Source: Octopus sinensis
Taxonomy: Eukaryota
Direction of reading: 5' to 3'
Assembly (NCBI RefSeq): GCF_006345805.1
Contig: NC_043004.1
Coordinates: 31,620,001-31,684,000 of the forward strand
DNA length: 64,000 bases
Made by a program: the position numbers and the translations under genes. The notes under the pieces were generated by a model that did not search any database, was not told the DNA's origin, and saw only the letters and a program-made list of their open reading frames with translations. Positions 60,771-64,000 of the stretch are shown one piece after another (the first letter of the stretch is position 1; each line of letters begins with the position of its first letter).

Positions 60771-62389
60771 TAAATTCTTCTTGAAAAAGTTTACTGTTGT
60801 AATATTTTTTACCTGTAACATCTATTTTATCTGTACATTATATAATTTGTTTGAGGAGAAAATTGCAAATCTAAATGACACGTTTTATAAAAACTGACTT
60901 TTAATATAGATAAAATTAAAAGAATAAAGCTACAAATCTGGAAAGAGGGTACAGCTGATTAAGTGGATTCTAGTACTTGTCTTGTATATATTCGATCAAC
61001 CCCAACATTCACAAGGGTGAAAAGTAAGTTGACTTGGGCAAGAATTGAACTCAGAATATAAACATCAGTATGTAAAAGTTGACAAATTATGTTTCTTACA
61101 CTCTTAGATTCTGCCAATTCGGTCTATTTTCGTTTTACATAAAAAATTAACATGACAAGTTTGCATTTAGATTTTTATCAAAAATTGTTAATTATAAATT
61201 ACAAGTTTTACAGGTATCATTGTAAGTAGTGAGTACCTTCAGGAATGTATTTTTTTAATTAGCTACCACACCGTAACTTTGTAAGTTTTATGCTATTACC
61301 TTTCAGTTTGAACTTCTGTAGGTGAGACGTCTGCAAAAAGTATGAGTGCACAACTTTTAAAGTGGTCTAAGTGAAATTTTATAAAGGGGATCAGCAACTA
61401 AACAGAGCTGAAATATTTTATGATCCCAAATGGGAAGCAAAGATTTAAGGATGTAGTTTTACTATTTATATGGTTGTGCGGAGGGTATCAGCATCATCAT
61501 TATCATTCAATGTCTGCTTGCTATGTTGGCATGGGTCAGATGGTTGAACAGGATCTAGCCAGACTCTGTCTACTGTGGCATGATTTCTGTAGCTGGATTC
61601 CCTTCCTAAAGCCAGCCACTTCACAGACTGTACTGGGTGCTTTTTATGTGTCACTGGCACAAGTTCATTTACACAGCACAGGCATGAATGCATATTATAT
61701 GACACTGACACCTGCAAAGTACAAGCCTGTATGTATGGATGACAGTGATTTTACTTATCTTGATGTATCTTCTCAAGTTCATCAAATCCCCATAACTCCT
61801 GGTCCCTTGTCATTTCCTCAGTGAGGCCCAATGTCCAAAGATCCTTTCTCGCCACTTTGTTCTACATCTTCTGGAGTTTACCCCTCCCACAAGTACCCTC
61901 CACAATTAGAGCTCAGCACTTTTTTATGCAGCTGTCCTCATCCATATGCACTATATACAGCTGTCCTCATCCATATGCAGTTTCAGATTTTTAATTTACA
62001 GAAAGAAAAATACTGATGATGTAACAAACATTAAAATACATACAAGGAATCAGAATGTGAGCTGAAGAAAGTACAGACACTACATAATACAATAGAAGAG
62101 CTTGCGAGAAAAATTACGATTCATGAGATGAGAGAAATACATGGAGTACTTCACAACTGTAAAACATGGCAGAGAGACAGATGGAATGCTTCATTAATTA
62201 TCATACATGGTGATGACTCAGGTAGGGAGAAAAAGAAAAAGCTTAGAAGTTTGTTGTTTGAGAAAGACAGAGAGTGATGTAGAAAATGGTTACCATTAGT
62301 CACTTTGCTATGTCAGGTTGGTCAAAGATGAACACATATCACTGACAAGTCTATAAATGTGTATTATATAAACATAGGGTTAGGTAATG

Positions 62390-62965
62390 TACATATATAT
62401 ATATATATATATACACACATACATATATACACACATATATATATACACACACATATACACACACACATATACATACATATATATATATATATACACACAT
62501 ACACACACACATACACATACACACGTATCTATACACACACATATATATATACAGACATATATATACACACACACATATATACACACATACATATACACAC
62601 ACATATATATACGCACACATATATATATACACACGTACATATATATACAGATATATATACACACATATGTATATACAAACATATATATACACACACATAT
62701 ATACACACGTACATATATATACAGATAAATATACACACATATGTATATACAAACATATATATACACACATATATATACACACATATACACCCACATATAT
62801 GTACAAAAACATATATATACACATACATTTATATATGTACACACATATATACACACACACACACATATATATATACACACACACACATATATATATATAC
62901 ACACACATATACATGCACATATATATATACAAACACACACATATATATATACACATAGATATATG
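62390..62965. repeat. Compound (CA)n/(TA)n alternating purine-pyrimidine tract
   Basis: Direct reading. Confidence 0.95.
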
Positions 62966-63191
62966 CATCATCATCATCATCTAACGTCCACTTTCCATGC
63001 TAGCATGGGTTGGACGATTTGACTGAAACCAAAGTGGGTACGGTCCACATTCTTCACATCCGCCCATAAAACTACCAGTTGTAAATAGGCACTGACTATA
63101 AATTTGTTCAATAAACTGAGATAAGTTGTAACATCAAAGTATGTTGTCACAGCATTAACAATTTACAAAGTTTAAATTTACAGCATTTACA

Positions 63192-63593
63192 GCAGGAGTG
63201 GCTGTGTGGTAAGTAGCTTGTTTACCAACCACATGGTTCCGGGTTCAATCCCACTGCGTGGCACCTTGGGCAAGTGTCTTCTGCTATAGCCTCGGGCCAA
63301 CCAAAGCTTTGTGAGTGGATTTGGTAGACGGAAACTGAAAGAAGCCCGTCGTATATATGTATATATGTATATGCGTGTGTGTGTTTGTGTGTCTGTGGTT
63401 GTCCCTCTAGCATTGCTTGACAACCGATGCTGGTGTGTTTACGTCCCTGTTACTTAGCGGTTCGGTAAAAGAGACCGATAGAATAAGTACTGGGCTTACA
63501 AAAGAATAAGTCCCGGGGTCGAGTTGCTCGATTAAAGGCGGTGCTCCAGCATGGTCGCAGTCAAATGACTGAAACAAGTAAAAGAGTAAAGAG
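63192..63593 (+). mobile_element. Family B SINE, full length and young, with a 28-bp flanking duplication
   Basis: Complete head to AAAAGAGTAAAGAG tail; AGCATTAACAATTTACAAAGTTTAAATT at 63151-63178 and 63594-63621. Confidence 0.9.
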
Positions 63594-64000
63594 AGCATTA
63601 ACAATTTACAAAGTTTAAATTACTCTTAAGTAAGTATGATTATATGTGTGGTGATAATTTGGGGCTTCTTACAGGAAATTCACGGCATGCAGTAGACAAA
63701 AATCAAGAAAAAGGATATGATATGAAATTGGCATAGATTATAATGTGCATTTGAGTGTATTTAAGTTAGTCTCCATTTATTGGATCTTTTCCCTTTGAAC
63801 GGCAGATTGAGAAATTAATTTTTTGTAACTAAACACTTTCAAACTTCAGACACTGGTAGAATGTGTCATATGTCTCATGCACCAAATGGCAATTGCTAAA
63901 AAGCATTCGTGAAGTAAAATCATGAAGCAACACCAAATGGCGGTGCCCCAGCATGGCCACAGCTTGTGAGCTGAAACTAGATAAAAAAAAATATAAAACA

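Overview
Repeat-saturated animal genomic DNA, most likely an octopus (coleoid cephalopod), judged from its tRNA-derived SINE families, RTE LINEs and very abundant simple repeats. Only one host gene can be supported: a complete, intact cytosolic sulfotransferase on the minus strand (5 coding exons, 59618 to 31864, 289 aa). It was assembled by hand from splice sites and reading phase; the ORF track shows only parts of two exons. Almost everything else is transposon-derived: a Penelope-like (RT + GIY-YIG) locus, Tx1/L1-clade LINEs, R4/Dong-type RLE LINE fragments, five RTE LINE copies, Tc1 and mariner relics, Helitron pieces, a Gypsy relic, many SINEs and a ~9.3 kb (CCAT)n-derived satellite inside sulfotransferase intron 2. 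The most interesting signals are RNA-structural. Several type I hammerhead ribozyme motifs occur, including one in the tail of a tRNA-headed element, a candidate Pol III SINE mobilised by Penelope-like machinery. Also notable are a SINE 3' tail shared with a Tx1-clade LINE, a composite with two outward-facing Helitron 3' ends, near-perfect foldback hairpins and competing in-frame splice donors in the sulfotransferase. All family assignments are by eye; no database searches were run.
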